Shown piece after piece: positions 49,675 to 59,056 of a stretch of 64,000 nucleotides of DNA. This DNA is from a virus, in the IMG/VR virus record IMGVR_UViG_3300008111_000001, one strand, 5' to 3'. Numbering within the stretch: the first letter of the stretch is position 1; every line of letters begins with the position of its first letter. The translations under genes and the position numbers were made by a program. The notes beneath the pieces are model-generated. The model was not told where the DNA came from and did no database searches. It saw nothing but the letters and a program-made list of their open reading frames with translations.

Positions 49675-50867
49675 AAATGCCAGCCGATCAATCTAAATAT
49701 ATTTCTAATTGGAAATATTTTGAGATAGCTAAGTATGTAAAAAGTTTAGATAGAGTTATTAGAGTCAAGAACAATGACAGACCTGTGTTAATAACGGACG
49801 CAGAGTTAAATAATTTTATTACACAAAACAATAATACCGGTTTGTATACTTCAATATGGAGATATAACGAAACCAATTTGGATTCAGCAACAAGATTGGC
49901 TTCTCTTTATTTTGATATAGACAATAAAGATCAAGAGCAGTCATTAAAAGACTGCATAAAACTTTATGATTATCTTTCCAATTTTATTCCAAAGAATTCT
50001 ATAATAGTTTATTTTACTGGCAAAAAAGGCTTTCATGTTGAGTGCGAAGCCATCGCCTTGGGAATAAATCCGTCTAACAATCTGCCAAATATATTTAGAT
50101 TTATAGCAGAAAGCATTAAATCAAAGTTGAATATAGAATCTTTAGACTTTAGTGTCTACGATGCTAGAAGAATGTGGAGACTTGCGGGAAGCGTTCATCA
50201 AGATACTGGGTTATATAAAAATATAATTTCAGAACAGATGCTGAAAACTGGTTTATCGGCAATAATGGAATACTGTTTATCTCCAGCTGATAACCTAATA
50301 GAAGAACAGTGTTTCAGTGCAAAAGCTAATGAATGGTTTAGAAGTTTTACGTATGAACTAGAGATACATAAAGAAAAATCTAAGGACTTTATTGGTTACT
50401 TTAATAAGTATGGCTCTTCTGCTTTTAAATCTTTTCAAGAATCAGAAAAAGAATTTACTCCAAAAAATCTTGTAGAAAACTGCACAGCTGTAAAAAGACT
50501 GTGGCAACAAGCTATAGAAAAAAAATACTTAGAGCATGAAGCTAGATTGTTTTTGTGTTCCATTCTTACATATAGTGACGAATCCATAAAATTCTTACAC
50601 GGAATACTAAGTAATTGTGATGATTATAACGTGGAAAAAACCAATAGTCACGTAAATGATTGGATTAAGAGAAGACAATTAGGAATTGGCGGAAGACCAT
50701 ATACCTGCGAAAGAGCAAATGCTGTAGGAGTTGGTTGCGGTGAATGTTCGTTGGAAAAAAGAAATAAATGGATAAAAGTTGGCGATAAATATATCGAAAC
50801 ACAAGACCAATCTTCTCCTTCACCAATAAGGTTTGCTTATAAAAATACTAAAAAAGGAGGTGAATAA
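49671..50867 (+). CDS. Archaeo-eukaryotic primase (AEP) fused to a PriL-type Fe-S C-terminal domain
   Basis: LYFDID (motif I), FTGKKGFHV (II), DFSVYDARRMWRL (III); then ENC...HEARLFL...PYTCE...GCGEC with four Cys. Confidence 0.8.
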   Translation: MKMPADQSKYISNWKYFEIAKYVKSLDRVIRVKNNDRPVLITDAELNNFITQNNNTGLYTSIWRYNETNLDSATRLASLYFDIDNKDQEQSLKDCIKLYDYLSNFIPKNSIIVYFTGKKGFHVECEAIALGINPSNNLPNIFRFIAESIKSKLNIESLDFSVYDARRMWRLAGSVHQDTGLYKNIISEQMLKTGLSAIMEYCLSPADNLIEEQCFSAKANEWFRSFTYELEIHKEKSKDFIGYFNKYGSSAFKSFQESEKEFTPKNLVENCTAVKRLWQQAIEKKYLEHEARLFLCSILTYSDESIKFLHGILSNCDDYNVEKTNSHVNDWIKRRQLGIGGRPYTCERANAVGVGCGECSLEKRNKWIKVGDKYIETQDQSSPSPIRFAYKNTKKGGE

Positions 50868-50870
50868 TCC

Positions 50871-51077
50871 ATGGATAATGTAAAAGATCCAGATGATGTT
50901 ATTGGCGTTTGCTCAGAATGCAAGTCAGATCAGCCTGATAGCTATATGTACAAAAGCCCATTCGCCCAAGAGGGTAAACCGGTACCTTGCAAGTACTGTG
51001 GCGGAGTTGTAATTATCACGTATAGGGAAACTAGAGACAGCGCTCTTGATGGTTCCGATAAAAGTAGAGGCATTTGA
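50871..51077 (+). CDS. Small zinc-ribbon protein
   Basis: CSEC...CKYC; SD AAGGAGG. Confidence 0.65.
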   Translation: MDNVKDPDDVIGVCSECKSDQPDSYMYKSPFAQEGKPVPCKYCGGVVIITYRETRDSALDGSDKSRGI

Positions 51078-54000
51078 TGAAAAATTGGACTAACCTCCAT
51101 AACCATACAATATATTCCATGCTCGATGGCCATGGTAGAGTTGAGCAGTATTTGGAAAGAGCCAAGTCTCTCGGCATGAGAGGCTTGGCTACTACCGATC
51201 ATGGAAACATACACTCTTGGCTAGACTTTTATGACGCTGGTCAAGCAACAGGGGTAAAGCCTATTCTTGGCTCTGAATTTTATCAAGCTAGAAAATCTAG
51301 ATTTGATAGGGATGAAGAGGAGCGTTCTGGGCCGGCAAAAAATGAATGGGAACAAAGAGGACCATATCACATAACTATATTGGCTAAAAATAATACTGGC
51401 TATAATAATATAATCAAAATGTCTTCTAGATCTTTTCTAGAAGGGTATTATGTTAAGCCTAGAATAGATCACGAATTAATAGCTGAACATTCAGATGGAA
51501 TTATCGTTCTTTCAGGGTGTTTGAACGGAGAAATTGCCCAGGCTCTTTTACGTGATGATTATGATTTTGCGATTAAGTCTGCAAGAAAAATGCAGGACAT
51601 TGTTGGTAGAGAAAATTACTTTATAGAAATTCAAGATCATGGTTTATCTGAGCAGAAAAAAATTACTAGTCAGCTAATAGATATCGCTAATTCTATAAGT
51701 GCAAAAATAGTTCCTACTGGCGATTGCCACTACGTGCACCAACACGATGCTAGAGCGCACGACATAATGCTCTGTGTCGCCACCAACGCAACTATCGATA
51801 CTCCTAATAGATTTTCTTTTAGTGGCGATGAGTTTTATCTTCAATCTTATGAGGATATGGAGAGAAAGTTTCAGCCAGAGTGGCTAAAAAATACCATGCA
51901 CATATGTGATATGGTTGATCTTGATTTAAATTTTGGCAATATACATTTTCCTAATTTTCCTATTCCTACAAACGAAACGTCAACTCAGTACTTTGAAAGA
52001 TTGGCTTGGGATGGTTTAAAGAAAAGATATGGAGATCCACTCCCGCAACACATTATTGATAGAGCTCACCACGAAATAAGAGTAGTTAAGGAAATGGGCT
52101 TTCCGGAGTACTTCTTAGTTGTTTCTGATTTGGTCAACTGGGCTAAAAATAATGAGATTAGAGTTGGTTGGGGTCGAGGATCTGCGGCTGGCAGCATACT
52201 GTCTTACGCATTTAGAATTACTAATTTAGATCCGATTAAGTTTGGTCTTATGTTTGAGCGATTCCTTGTGGAAGGAAGAAAATCAATGCCAGACATTGAC
52301 CTTGACTTTGATGATAGACATAGAGATGAAGTAATTAATTACGCCAGAGAAAAATATGGTCATGACCATGTTGCTCATATATGTACCTTTAATAAAACTG
52401 GAGCTCGCCAATCAATCAGAGACGCAGCTAGAGCCTTAGGCTATGATTTTTCTTCTGGCGATAATGTGGCTAAATTGGTCCCACCTCCAGTACTCGGTAT
52501 TTCAAAAAGTCTAACCGAGTGCATGCAAGTGGGAGACTTTGCTGGCCTGTACGGTAAAGACGAAAATGCTAAAAAGATTATAGATGCCGCCTTTGGTTTA
52601 GAGGGTCTTGTTAGACAGACTGGAATTCATGCCGCTGGAATAGTTATTTCTAAGGATGCTCTTACCGAATATCTCCCCGTAATGCAAAAAGGAGTAGATA
52701 ATCCTTTGGTCACTCAGTGGGATATGGGTAGAGTTGAGCAATGTGGCCTTCTTAAAATTGACTTCTTGGGCTTAAGAAATCTGGGCATCATAGATTCTTG
52801 TGTAAAATTAATAAAGAAACATCATAATCTAGATATAGATATTGATCAAATACCTCTTGATGATTCAAATACGTATGAGCAATTATGTCGTGGCAACTGT
52901 ATTGGCGTCTTTCAGTTGGAATCATCCGGTATGCGCCAACTCATGATGCAACTACAGCCTAAAAACATAGAAGATATCATGGCTTTAATCTCACTGTACC
53001 GACCGGGACCAATGGGCTCAGGAATGGACAAGGAGTACATTGATCGCAAGCATGGGCGTAGTAGAGTCAAGTATGAGCATCCTAAGCTAGAGAAGGTGTT
53101 GGGTCCATCACTTGGAATCATGCTTTACCAGGAGGACGTGCTTGGGGTGGCAAGAGAGTTGGCTGGCTTTTCTTCAGCTGAAGCTGATGATTTAAGAAAA
53201 GTTATTGGCAAAAAGTTAATGGACAAGATTGCAAGTATGCGATCAAAGTTTGTTGACGGCTGCATTGAAAATTCTGGTTTAACCGAAATATTAGCAAATA
53301 AAATATTTTCAGATATCGAATATTTCGGTGGCTATGGTTTCAACAGAGCTCACGCTGCAAGCTATGCAATGATTAGTTATATTACGGCATACTTAAAAAC
53401 TAATTACACTGTTGAATACATGGCAGCGCTCATGTCGTCAGTGGTGGGAAATAAAGATAAGCAGTCGTTGTATTTGGCAGACTGCAGAAAATTGGGTATA
53501 AATGTTTTGCCTCCATCCATTAATTACTCTGGTATAGATTTTGAAGTTTTAGATTCTAATTCTATTATTTTTGGGCTATCTGCAATTAACGGCATAGGTA
53601 ACTCAATAGCGGAAAATATAGTTTCAGTTAGAGATCAGTCAAATCCATATAATAACATGCACGACTTCTTTAGAAGATGTGGGGCAACTCTTTTAAAGAA
53701 AAGTACATTAGAGCACCTGGCCAAAGCTGGTGCACTAGATGAATTGTTTAATCTAGAAATCACCGAACTAAATAGAATTGAAGAAATTAAGTTACTTGAA
53801 ATAGAAAAAGAAGAATTAGGAATATATGTTACTGATCACCCTGTAAATGGAATATGGGACATATTATCTAAAAAAATTGACTGTGAAATATTTGATTTAT
53901 CAGAACTTTCGAATAATACTCAAGTAAGAATTGGTGGCATATTAGGTGATGTAAAGCCAATAGTTACAAAAAAGGGAATGAAAATGTATAAATTAATATT

Positions 54001-54409
54001 GGAAGACATATCTTCTGATATTGAAATTATCGTTTTTCCAAAATCTTTAAAAAATCTAGGAGATTCCCCATTTGCAAAAGGTGACATCCTAATAGTTAAT
54101 GGAACTGTTAATAAAGAGGGCGATGAGGAAAACTCAATAGTTAAACTGTACTATAATTCATCCGAAAAAGTTGATTCAAAAATATTTTCCAGTGGCAAGG
54201 CAATAATACTGGAAATAGATGAAAACTTTTCTCCCTCATTAATTGAAAAAATATATGATATAATTGAATCAACAAAAGGTGATAAACCAGTATTCATGCA
54301 AATGATTAATGGTAATCACAAATATATATTTAAGTTTAAGAATAATACGTCATCAAAAGTTCAATCTGTTATTGAAAATATTATTAGAATGGAGAAAGAA
54401 AATGTCTAG
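51074..54409 (+). CDS. dnaE: DNA polymerase III alpha subunit with intact PHP domain
   Basis: LHNHTIYSMLDG, TDHGN, GRGSAAGS, SMPDIDLDF, KIDFLGLRNL, GFNRAHAASY, C-terminal OB-fold. Confidence 0.95.
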   Translation: MMKNWTNLHNHTIYSMLDGHGRVEQYLERAKSLGMRGLATTDHGNIHSWLDFYDAGQATGVKPILGSEFYQARKSRFDRDEEERSGPAKNEWEQRGPYHITILAKNNTGYNNIIKMSSRSFLEGYYVKPRIDHELIAEHSDGIIVLSGCLNGEIAQALLRDDYDFAIKSARKMQDIVGRENYFIEIQDHGLSEQKKITSQLIDIANSISAKIVPTGDCHYVHQHDARAHDIMLCVATNATIDTPNRFSFSGDEFYLQSYEDMERKFQPEWLKNTMHICDMVDLDLNFGNIHFPNFPIPTNETSTQYFERLAWDGLKKRYGDPLPQHIIDRAHHEIRVVKEMGFPEYFLVVSDLVNWAKNNEIRVGWGRGSAAGSILSYAFRITNLDPIKFGLMFERFLVEGRKSMPDIDLDFDDRHRDEVINYAREKYGHDHVAHICTFNKTGARQSIRDAARALGYDFSSGDNVAKLVPPPVLGISKSLTECMQVGDFAGLYGKDENAKKIIDAAFGLEGLVRQTGIHAAGIVISKDALTEYLPVMQKGVDNPLVTQWDMGRVEQCGLLKIDFLGLRNLGIIDSCVKLIKKHHNLDIDIDQIPLDDSNTYEQLCRGNCIGVFQLESSGMRQLMMQLQPKNIEDIMALISLYRPGPMGSGMDKEYIDRKHGRSRVKYEHPKLEKVLGPSLGIMLYQEDVLGVARELAGFSSAEADDLRKVIGKKLMDKIASMRSKFVDGCIENSGLTEILANKIFSDIEYFGGYGFNRAHAASYAMISYITAYLKTNYTVEYMAALMSSVVGNKDKQSLYLADCRKLGINVLPPSINYSGIDFEVLDSNSIIFGLSAINGIGNSIAENIVSVRDQSNPYNNMHDFFRRCGATLLKKSTLEHLAKAGALDELFNLEITELNRIEEIKLLEIEKEELGIYVTDHPVNGIWDILSKKIDCEIFDLSELSNNTQVRIGGILGDVKPIVTKKGMKMYKLILEDISSDIEIIVFPKSLKNLGDSPFAKGDILIVNGTVNKEGDEENSIVKLYYNSSEKVDSKIFSSGKAIILEIDENFSPSLIEKIYDIIESTKGDKPVFMQMINGNHKYIFKFKNNTSSKVQSVIENIIRMEKENV

Positions 54410-54767
54410 TATTGGACCAACAGTAAATCCAGTACAAAAGTGGTGCTGGTCCTTCTGCCCTTCATGCAATAGATGCCAGGATAAAGGTAGATATACCAAG
54501 TGCAACGGGTGTAGTGGTAGATATGATCCGGATTTAAGAATACCTGTTGATAATGAAGATTTCTGCGATTGTAAAAATGGTGTTCTTAGATGGAAAACGC
54601 AACAAGGTAAATTGATTGTAACTAGATTTAAATCCAATCCTTTTAAGGGTCAGGTTAAATATGAAAAGAAAACGGAAGATGAAAGAGATTGGGATTCTTA
54701 CGTTAAAGATATGCGAGAAAAATTGGATGACCCAAGCTGGAATCCAATAACTATATACGAGGAGTGA
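54402..54767 (+). CDS. Cys-rich hypothetical protein (8 Cys)
   Basis: WCWSFCPSCNRC...KCNGC...FCDC; ATG 54402 follows GGAG. Confidence 0.6.
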   Translation: MSSIGPTVNPVQKWCWSFCPSCNRCQDKGRYTKCNGCSGRYDPDLRIPVDNEDFCDCKNGVLRWKTQQGKLIVTRFKSNPFKGQVKYEKKTEDERDWDSYVKDMREKLDDPSWNPITIYEE

Positions 54768-54991
54768 AAATGTTACCCGCAGTTGTTCAAAAAGGAAATA
54801 TAAAACTAACAGAGTATTCTGATTCAACTTATGGATACGACGATAGATTGTTTATTCAATGCACGTGTGTCGGCTTTTATCTAACAAAAAATGACCTTAA
54901 AGATCTATTGACTGTTGTGCATTACTATTTAAATGCAGATGATATTACCGACGTATCCGTTTCTATAGGAGGGGAAAATGTGGCCCTATGA
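54764..54991 (+). CDS. Hypothetical protein
   Basis: 75 aa; GTGA overlap; SD GAGGAG. Confidence 0.55.
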   Translation: MKMLPAVVQKGNIKLTEYSDSTYGYDDRLFIQCTCVGFYLTKNDLKDLLTVVHYYLNADDITDVSVSIGGENVAL

Positions 54992-55142
54992 AGAAGATGA
55001 TCATATGGAATTAGGTGAAACTGGATGGATCCCAATTGGACAGGGAGCCTATATCAATAAAAATACTGGTCATACTATTGATGAAATAGGAAGAGAATTC
55101 GATCAAAATGGTCAATTAATTTATGACCCAAATGAACAATAA
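54978..55142 (+). CDS. Hypothetical protein (54 aa, not in ORF track)
   Basis: MWPYEEDDHMELGETGWIPIGQG...YDPNEQ; SD AGGAGG. Confidence 0.6.
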   Translation: MWPYEEDDHMELGETGWIPIGQGAYINKNTGHTIDEIGREFDQNGQLIYDPNEQ

Positions 55143-55149
55143 TTAGGAG

Positions 55150-55953
55150 TTGTCTTTGAGTTTAATTAAAATTAAAAGTTATAATGATCTAACGGATTTG
55201 CAGACGCTAGCTTTAGTTGATTTCTCATATTCTAGAATAGATACATATCAGCAGTGTCCCGCTAAATATTTTTATTCGTACATTTGTAAGGAGCCACGAG
55301 CATTTAATCCTCCCGCAGTACTAGGGAACATAGTTCATGCTGTACTAGAGAATGTATTAGATAATGACAAGTCTCTAGACATCAATGAGTTAGAGCAGGA
55401 ATATAATAAAAATATTCCCATTTGGGATCCAGATAATAATATACCAAAAGATTTAATATCTGTCGGATCTGTCATCTTGCAGGAATTCTATGATGAATAT
55501 TACGATAAAAAGTTTAACATATATGAAAAAGAGTTAGCATTTGATTTTATTATTGGATGCTATCGAATACTTGGTTTCATTGATAGGGTGGATGTTATTG
55601 GGGATCGAGTTAATATTGTAGACTATAAAACAGGAAAATGGGAAGTTGCCCTAAAAGACGTGCCAAATAATCTGCAACTAGGAATATACGCTCTAGCTAT
55701 GCATAATATTTTTCCGGAAAAAGAAATCTATGCGGAATTACACTATCTAAGATCTGGCAAGAAAAAAGGTCACCTTTTTACTAGTGAAGATATTGAAAAT
55801 GTAAAGTTAAAATTGATTAGTTCTATAACTAAAATAATCAATGACACTAACTTTACGCCAACATCCAATGTGCGCATATGCTCATACTGCGATCACGCTA
55901 AAAGCGGAGCTTGCCCAACAGGTGTTTTTAGGAACAAAAAGAATAATGGATAA
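55150..55953 (+). CDS. Cas4/RecB-like PD-(D/E)XK exonuclease
   Basis: FSYSRIDTYQQCP, LGNIVHAVLE, GFIDRVD...IVDYKTG, QLGIYA, CSYCDHAKSGACP. Confidence 0.88.
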   Translation: MSLSLIKIKSYNDLTDLQTLALVDFSYSRIDTYQQCPAKYFYSYICKEPRAFNPPAVLGNIVHAVLENVLDNDKSLDINELEQEYNKNIPIWDPDNNIPKDLISVGSVILQEFYDEYYDKKFNIYEKELAFDFIIGCYRILGFIDRVDVIGDRVNIVDYKTGKWEVALKDVPNNLQLGIYALAMHNIFPEKEIYAELHYLRSGKKKGHLFTSEDIENVKLKLISSITKIINDTNFTPTSNVRICSYCDHAKSGACPTGVFRNKKNNG

Positions 55954-55989
55954 CAAAAAAGACCGGGGTTTCCCCCGGCCCTTTTTGTT
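55952..55989. terminator. Bidirectional intrinsic terminator
   Basis: AACAAAAAAGACCGGGG-TTTC-CCCCGGCCCTTTTTGTT with flanking A- and T-tracts, between convergent genes. Confidence 0.75.
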
Positions 55990-56002
55990 GGGAAAGCAAC
56001 TA

Positions 56003-56215
56003 TCAGAAATCAGTTACAGGATTTTCCTCAGCAGAGAGCCAAAGGTCGAAATCCTCAAACTCAGTTACCATTTTGACAGCCGACTGATGGTCGACACCAA
56101 GAACCTTGGTCATGTCGTCAATGATCTCTTCGTTGATTGTCTGATTGATGCTGTTGATGATTGTTTTTAGTGTGTTCATGGTGAACAGTATACTCTCTTT
56201 CTTTTGGATTTCCAA
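56003..56215 (-). CDS. Small acidic hypothetical protein; the only credible minus-strand gene
   Basis: 70 aa; double stop (TGA TAG); terminator directly downstream; codon usage differs from neighbours; sits in a gap between + strand genes. Confidence 0.65.
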   Translation of the reverse strand: MEIQKKESILFTMNTLKTIINSINQTINEEIIDDMTKVLGVDHQSAVKMVTEFEDFDLWLSAEENPVTDF

Positions 56216-56221
56216 CCTATT

Positions 56222-56250
56222 TTGATTTTTTTATCAGGATAGTGTATAAT
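56222..56250 (+). promoter_or_regulatory. Sigma70-type promoter
   Basis: TTGATT-17 bp-TATAAT; an overlapping TACACT on the minus strand may drive the divergent gene. Confidence 0.65.
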
Positions 56251-56287
56251 TTATCTACGAACTATCTTGATACGTAAAGGATACACA

Positions 56288-56854
56288 ATGGACATACCGA
56301 TTGTCAACCCAGAACAGTTTTTTTTGGAGAAATCTTCTTTCAAGAAACATCCAAACTTAAAAAATATTAGGAATAAATCTGTTGATTCTGAGATTATTGA
56401 AAACGATGCGGTAATTTCCAGGAAAAAAGGTAATGCATATCAGTATACCAAGACTGGTTACAGAAAAGATATAGACATGAATGTTCGTTCTAGTTGGGAA
56501 GCAAATTTTGTTAGGGTATTGAAGATTTATAAAATTGATTTTGAATTTGAACCTACCGTATTTTCTTTTCCAATCAAAAGGGGAACCAGGGGTTATACAC
56601 CAGATTTTCTTTTGAATAGAAATCATGATTGGGTAGAAATAAAGGGCTACCTAGATGATAAAAGTAAAATTAAATTAAAAAGATTTAAAAGATATTATCC
56701 AGATGAATTTGAAAACTTTACTTGCGTAATAAGTAAATATTCAAACGACGCAAAGAACTTCATGAAAGAATTAGAGGTTCCTAATATTATCTTTTATGAA
56801 GACTTTAGGGATTATTACAGTGAGTATATAGTTCACTGGGAAGGAAAAAAATGA
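56288..56854 (+). CDS. PD-(D/E)XK endonuclease (T7 endonuclease I-like)
   Basis: RSSWEANF...FEFEP...YTPDF...WVEIKGYL; ATG 56288 follows AAAGGA. Confidence 0.75.
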   Translation: MDIPIVNPEQFFLEKSSFKKHPNLKNIRNKSVDSEIIENDAVISRKKGNAYQYTKTGYRKDIDMNVRSSWEANFVRVLKIYKIDFEFEPTVFSFPIKRGTRGYTPDFLLNRNHDWVEIKGYLDDKSKIKLKRFKRYYPDEFENFTCVISKYSNDAKNFMKELEVPNIIFYEDFRDYYSEYIVHWEGKK

Positions 56855-57717
56855 CAAGCTACAAAGAACAGTACTATTCCTTAGCTGAAGAGGAAATGCA
56901 GAAACTAATATCTGATAGCAAAAAGGGTTCTCAAAAATCTCAAGAAGAATTGTTGAAAGTTTTTAGTAATTTCTTGACTAAATATATTTCTTTATTATAC
57001 TATGGAAAATTTAATTTAAACGATTATGATATCAGAAGATTTGTTTCTCTTTTTATAAAAGAGCCTTCTGCTAGATTTGCTCTCATGAAAAATAAAATAA
57101 GCAGTAGTAATTTAAAAATAGTTAATGAAACAATGCGGGGCATTCATTATATGACAAAAAGATATGGTGACGAAGAAGATATTAGGCAAACAGTCTACAT
57201 GACATTCTTTCAGTGCGTAGCAAGATATGAGAGGAAGGATTCAGCAAAAGGGCCAATACCATTTAGTGGATTTTTGTATAGCTATTTTTTTTATCTCTTA
57301 AAGAAAAATGTAGATACATTTTTAATTGATCAGTTAGGCAGAAAAACATTCCCTTTGCTGGATGACGAGGCTACAAGTGACGAAAGCGACGAAGATTATG
57401 TTGTTGGATTTAAGGCTGATCCAATAGAATATAGTATGGAAAGATTGATGGCAACTGATAGAATAGATGAATTCTGGGTATTAGGAGAGAATGTAGAAGG
57501 TCCATTTGATAAACTGTCGATACAGGAAAGGCAGCTTTTGAAATGGAGATATGTCGATGGTAAAAGATCGAGTCAAATTTCACAAATTGTCAATGAGCAC
57601 CCCAATACAGTAAGAGAGCACCTCTCTAAGGTTAGGGAAAAAGTAAAACAAATACTTCTAGAGGACGAGTTCTCGTATGAAGAACTTTACTATCTATTAA
57701 AAATGGAGAATAAATGA
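56851..57717 (+). CDS. Phage RNA polymerase sigma factor (sigma70-like)
   Basis: Region-2-like LISDSKKGSQKSQEELLKVFSNFLTKY...EDIRQTVYMTF; region-4 HTH LSIQERQLLKWRYVDGKRSSQISQIVNEHPNTVREHLSK. Confidence 0.75.
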   Translation: MTSYKEQYYSLAEEEMQKLISDSKKGSQKSQEELLKVFSNFLTKYISLLYYGKFNLNDYDIRRFVSLFIKEPSARFALMKNKISSSNLKIVNETMRGIHYMTKRYGDEEDIRQTVYMTFFQCVARYERKDSAKGPIPFSGFLYSYFFYLLKKNVDTFLIDQLGRKTFPLLDDEATSDESDEDYVVGFKADPIEYSMERLMATDRIDEFWVLGENVEGPFDKLSIQERQLLKWRYVDGKRSSQISQIVNEHPNTVREHLSKVREKVKQILLEDEFSYEELYYLLKMENK

Positions 57718-58232
57718 ACAGTTCAACTCTTGAAAAACTTCAAGAAATGCTGCAGCAATTTCTAGGGCCTCAATTGAAAGAGGTTATAGATGCGTACAAT
57801 GATAATAATAATTCTTACAAATACTTTATTGAAATTCCAGAAACTGATGTTGTAGATTTGGGCATAGAAAAAATAGCTTCTCTTGTAGCAAGAACATCTA
57901 ATGTGTACGGTAGAGCAGCAAGATTTGCCGGAATATCTAGAGCCCAATACAAGATCTTGGAAGGGAAGTACAAAAAGGTTTACAAATCAAATCGCGTAGG
58001 AAAGAATGAAGCAGAAAGAGAAGCTGCAGCTATGGACGCTGCGGAGGATGAATATTTTGCTCTAGTAACTTGTGAGGCGATTGTTAACTTAGCAGAAGCT
58101 ATGGAATCTGCAGCAAGAATTGCATCTGAATCCGCAAGAAAACTTATGGATAAAATACAGTCTATGCAGGTAGCTTCATTTAGAGAAGACAAGGGCTCAT
58201 TTATGGAGTCAGATTTTTTTAATACATACTAA
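57714..58232 (+). CDS. Helical/coiled-coil protein, possibly UvsY-like recombination mediator
   Basis: Ala-rich helical sequence (KNEAEREAAA...AESARKLMD); the UvsY resemblance is weak. Confidence 0.4.
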   Translation: MNSSTLEKLQEMLQQFLGPQLKEVIDAYNDNNNSYKYFIEIPETDVVDLGIEKIASLVARTSNVYGRAARFAGISRAQYKILEGKYKKVYKSNRVGKNEAEREAAAMDAAEDEYFALVTCEAIVNLAEAMESAARIASESARKLMDKIQSMQVASFREDKGSFMESDFFNTY

Positions 58233-58243
58233 AAGGATAATAT

Positions 58244-58468
58244 ATGTTTATAGGTTACTATAAAAGTGTTGGATCATCTAAAGAGTTTTATTCTTCTAAA
58301 AGAAATGATTTAAATTTTCCAATACAAGTAGAGTATGAGGGCGATAGATACTTGTTGAGTAAAACCATACAAGTGTCCTCAGAATCTCAAGAAAAAAATA
58401 TTGTTAACACCGCCAAAAAATACGGAATAAAATATGACATTAGAATTGACTCAGGAGCAAATAGCTGA
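58244..58468 (+). CDS. Hypothetical protein
   Basis: 74 aa; SD AAGGA. Confidence 0.55.
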   Translation: MFIGYYKSVGSSKEFYSSKRNDLNFPIQVEYEGDRYLLSKTIQVSSESQEKNIVNTAKKYGIKYDIRIDSGANS

Positions 58469-58589
58469 TTTAAGGTCAGAAATTGAAAACTTTTTGTTTG
58501 AAATATCTTCTCAAGACAGAGAACTATATAGCAGGCAAGAGATAGAAAACATGCTTCTTGACATATATTCTTTACTTAAAACAAACTGA
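58434..58589 (+). CDS. Hypothetical protein (51 aa, not in ORF track)
   Basis: MTLELTQEQIADLRSEIENFLFEIS...LLKTN fills the gap before RNase H. Confidence 0.5.
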   Translation: MTLELTQEQIADLRSEIENFLFEISSQDRELYSRQEIENMLLDIYSLLKTN

Positions 58590-58601
58590 AAACGGTGTTA
58601 A

Positions 58602-59036
58602 ATGAATATAGAAGTTTTTTGCGATGGTGCATCACGAGGTCAAGGCCAAAAGAAATTTGGTGAGGCAGCGTGTTCCGCTGTGGTTTATAGAAATAGAAAA
58701 AAAATAGCTCAATTTGCCAGAGGCCTTGGGCCAAGAACAAATAATGAAGCTGAATACGAGGCGGTTATAGCTGGTCTGCTTATTTGTTCTATGGCAGATC
58801 TGGCTGATCCAATAATATATACTGATTCAGCCGTTGTAGCCAATCAGGTTAATGGAAGATGGAAATGTAAAAATCCAACTTTAATTCCACTATTAATGAC
58901 AATAGAAGAGATCAAAGATGAGTTCAATTTTCGAGTTGTACAAGTTAAAAGATCGTTTGTCTGGGAGCCAGACGCTCTAGCAAATGCATTTCTTGACGAA
59001 TTAGAACTAAGAAAAGAACACATTTCCAAGATATAA
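58602..59036 (+). CDS. rnhA: Ribonuclease HI (archaeal/actinobacterial type)
   Basis: FCDGASRG, TNNEAEYEAVIAGL, YTDSAVVANQVNGRWK, DALAN. Confidence 0.88.
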   Translation: MNIEVFCDGASRGQGQKKFGEAACSAVVYRNRKKIAQFARGLGPRTNNEAEYEAVIAGLLICSMADLADPIIYTDSAVVANQVNGRWKCKNPTLIPLLMTIEEIKDEFNFRVVQVKRSFVWEPDALANAFLDELELRKEHISKI

Positions 59037-59037
59037 C

Positions 59038-59046
59038 TGCTATAAT
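59038..59046 (+). promoter_or_regulatory. Extended -10 promoter (TGCTATAAT)
   Basis: 10 nt before ATG 59057; no SD. Confidence 0.55.
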
Positions 59047-59056
59047 ATAGTCCATC

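Noticed and set aside
52950-53170. Apparently GC-richer patch inside dnaE (possible recombination tract)
   Set aside because: This is a visual impression only; it needs a sliding-window GC3 calculation and comparison with relatives.
37032-54409. Inteins or group I introns in nrdJ, dnaB or dnaE
   Set aside because: The proteins are of normal length with contiguous motifs and no visible splice-junction or homing-endonuclease inserts.
55150-55953. Cas4-like gene as sign of a CRISPR-Cas system
   Set aside because: No array or other cas genes are present; stand-alone Cas4-like exonucleases are common in phage replication modules.
55841-56170. Tracked + strand ORF of 109 aa
   Set aside because: It overlaps the exonuclease end, runs through a terminator and lies antisense to the better-supported 56003-56215 gene.
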